NCBI GenBank assembly: GCA_013265495.1 | Contig: MU058781.1 | Location: 9,653,009 to 9,717,008 of the forward strand | DNA: 64,000 nt | Reading direction: 5' to 3' | Origin: Vicugna vicugna | Lineage: Eukaryota | Made by a program: the position numbers and the translations under genes | Notes under the pieces: generated by a model | Told to the model about the DNA's origin: nothing | What the model saw: only the letters and a program-made list of their open reading frames with translations | Database searches by the model: none | Shown: positions 63,344 through 64,000 of the stretch, piece after piece | How positions within the stretch are numbered: the first letter of the stretch is position 1 | Layout: each line of letters opens with the position of its first letter

Positions 63344-64000
63344 GTCTGTGCTGTGGCTTGCCTACTTCTAATGTGGAGAATAGCTCTTGTTGTCTCAGAA
63401 TTTTTGTGATGAACAGAATTTAAGAGACACTAGGGAGTGTACTGGGAGCTTGGAAAGGACAGATGACTATGGAATCCTTGAGAGGAGTGACCTTCCCACA
63501 GTTGGGGTGGCAGCTTCTTTCTTGCAGTTGCTAGCTTCTTCATGATCCTGCATTCCTGTTTTTAATGCTAATGAGCTTACTTGGAACACTGTGAAGTGAT
63601 GTAGAGAAGAGTGTGATCAGCTACCAATTCACAATCAACTGATTGAAATCAATTCTCAAAACACTTCTAATCTCCACAGTGCCAGATGTCTTGACTTTTA
63701 AAGGGTTTTTCTTTTTTAGTACAGTTTGTTGGCTTCAAGTAGATTTAGTCTGAAGTTCTTAGAATGCCAAAAAGGCATAATTACCCAGAGGATTCATGGT
63801 AATAGGGAAATTATAGAAGGTGGAATAGAATAGATGGAATAGATACCCTAAAGGGTCATAAAAGGGCTATTACAAATTTGCCAGTAATAATGAAACATTT
63901 GAGCAGTAACAGTTGTAAGCTTGTGGGATAACCACCGTCATCATAAACAAGGTCTTTGAAAATAGTATTGAATTTAAGTTTTGAGAAAGAACAGAACACT

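Overview
Mammalian nuclear genomic DNA, most likely camelid (Camelus/Vicugna), judged from the 3' UTR of the youngest L1 copies. It is AT-rich, CpG-depleted and dense in old eutherian repeats (MIR, L2, L1M, L3/CR1, MER33, MER58A, MARNA, LTR remnants). I see no multi-exon coding gene, RNA gene, CRISPR array or prokaryote-type system; the window reads as a long intron or intergenic stretch. The one clearly functional-looking locus is a + strand promoter and probable first exon at about 50270-50901. It has GC box, CCAAT, half-CRE and TATA-like motifs, a CpG-enriched leader, overlapping uORFs and a candidate donor CAG|GTATCT after a short ORF (MVAFYLRVELK)MDKP. It sits in a roughly 7.5 kb stretch with no recognisable transposon. 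I could not identify the host gene with confidence. Nearly all ORF-track entries are chance ORFs, repeat remnants or microsatellite artefacts. Repeat names come from recalled consensus motifs, and boundaries are approximate unless a target-site duplication is given.
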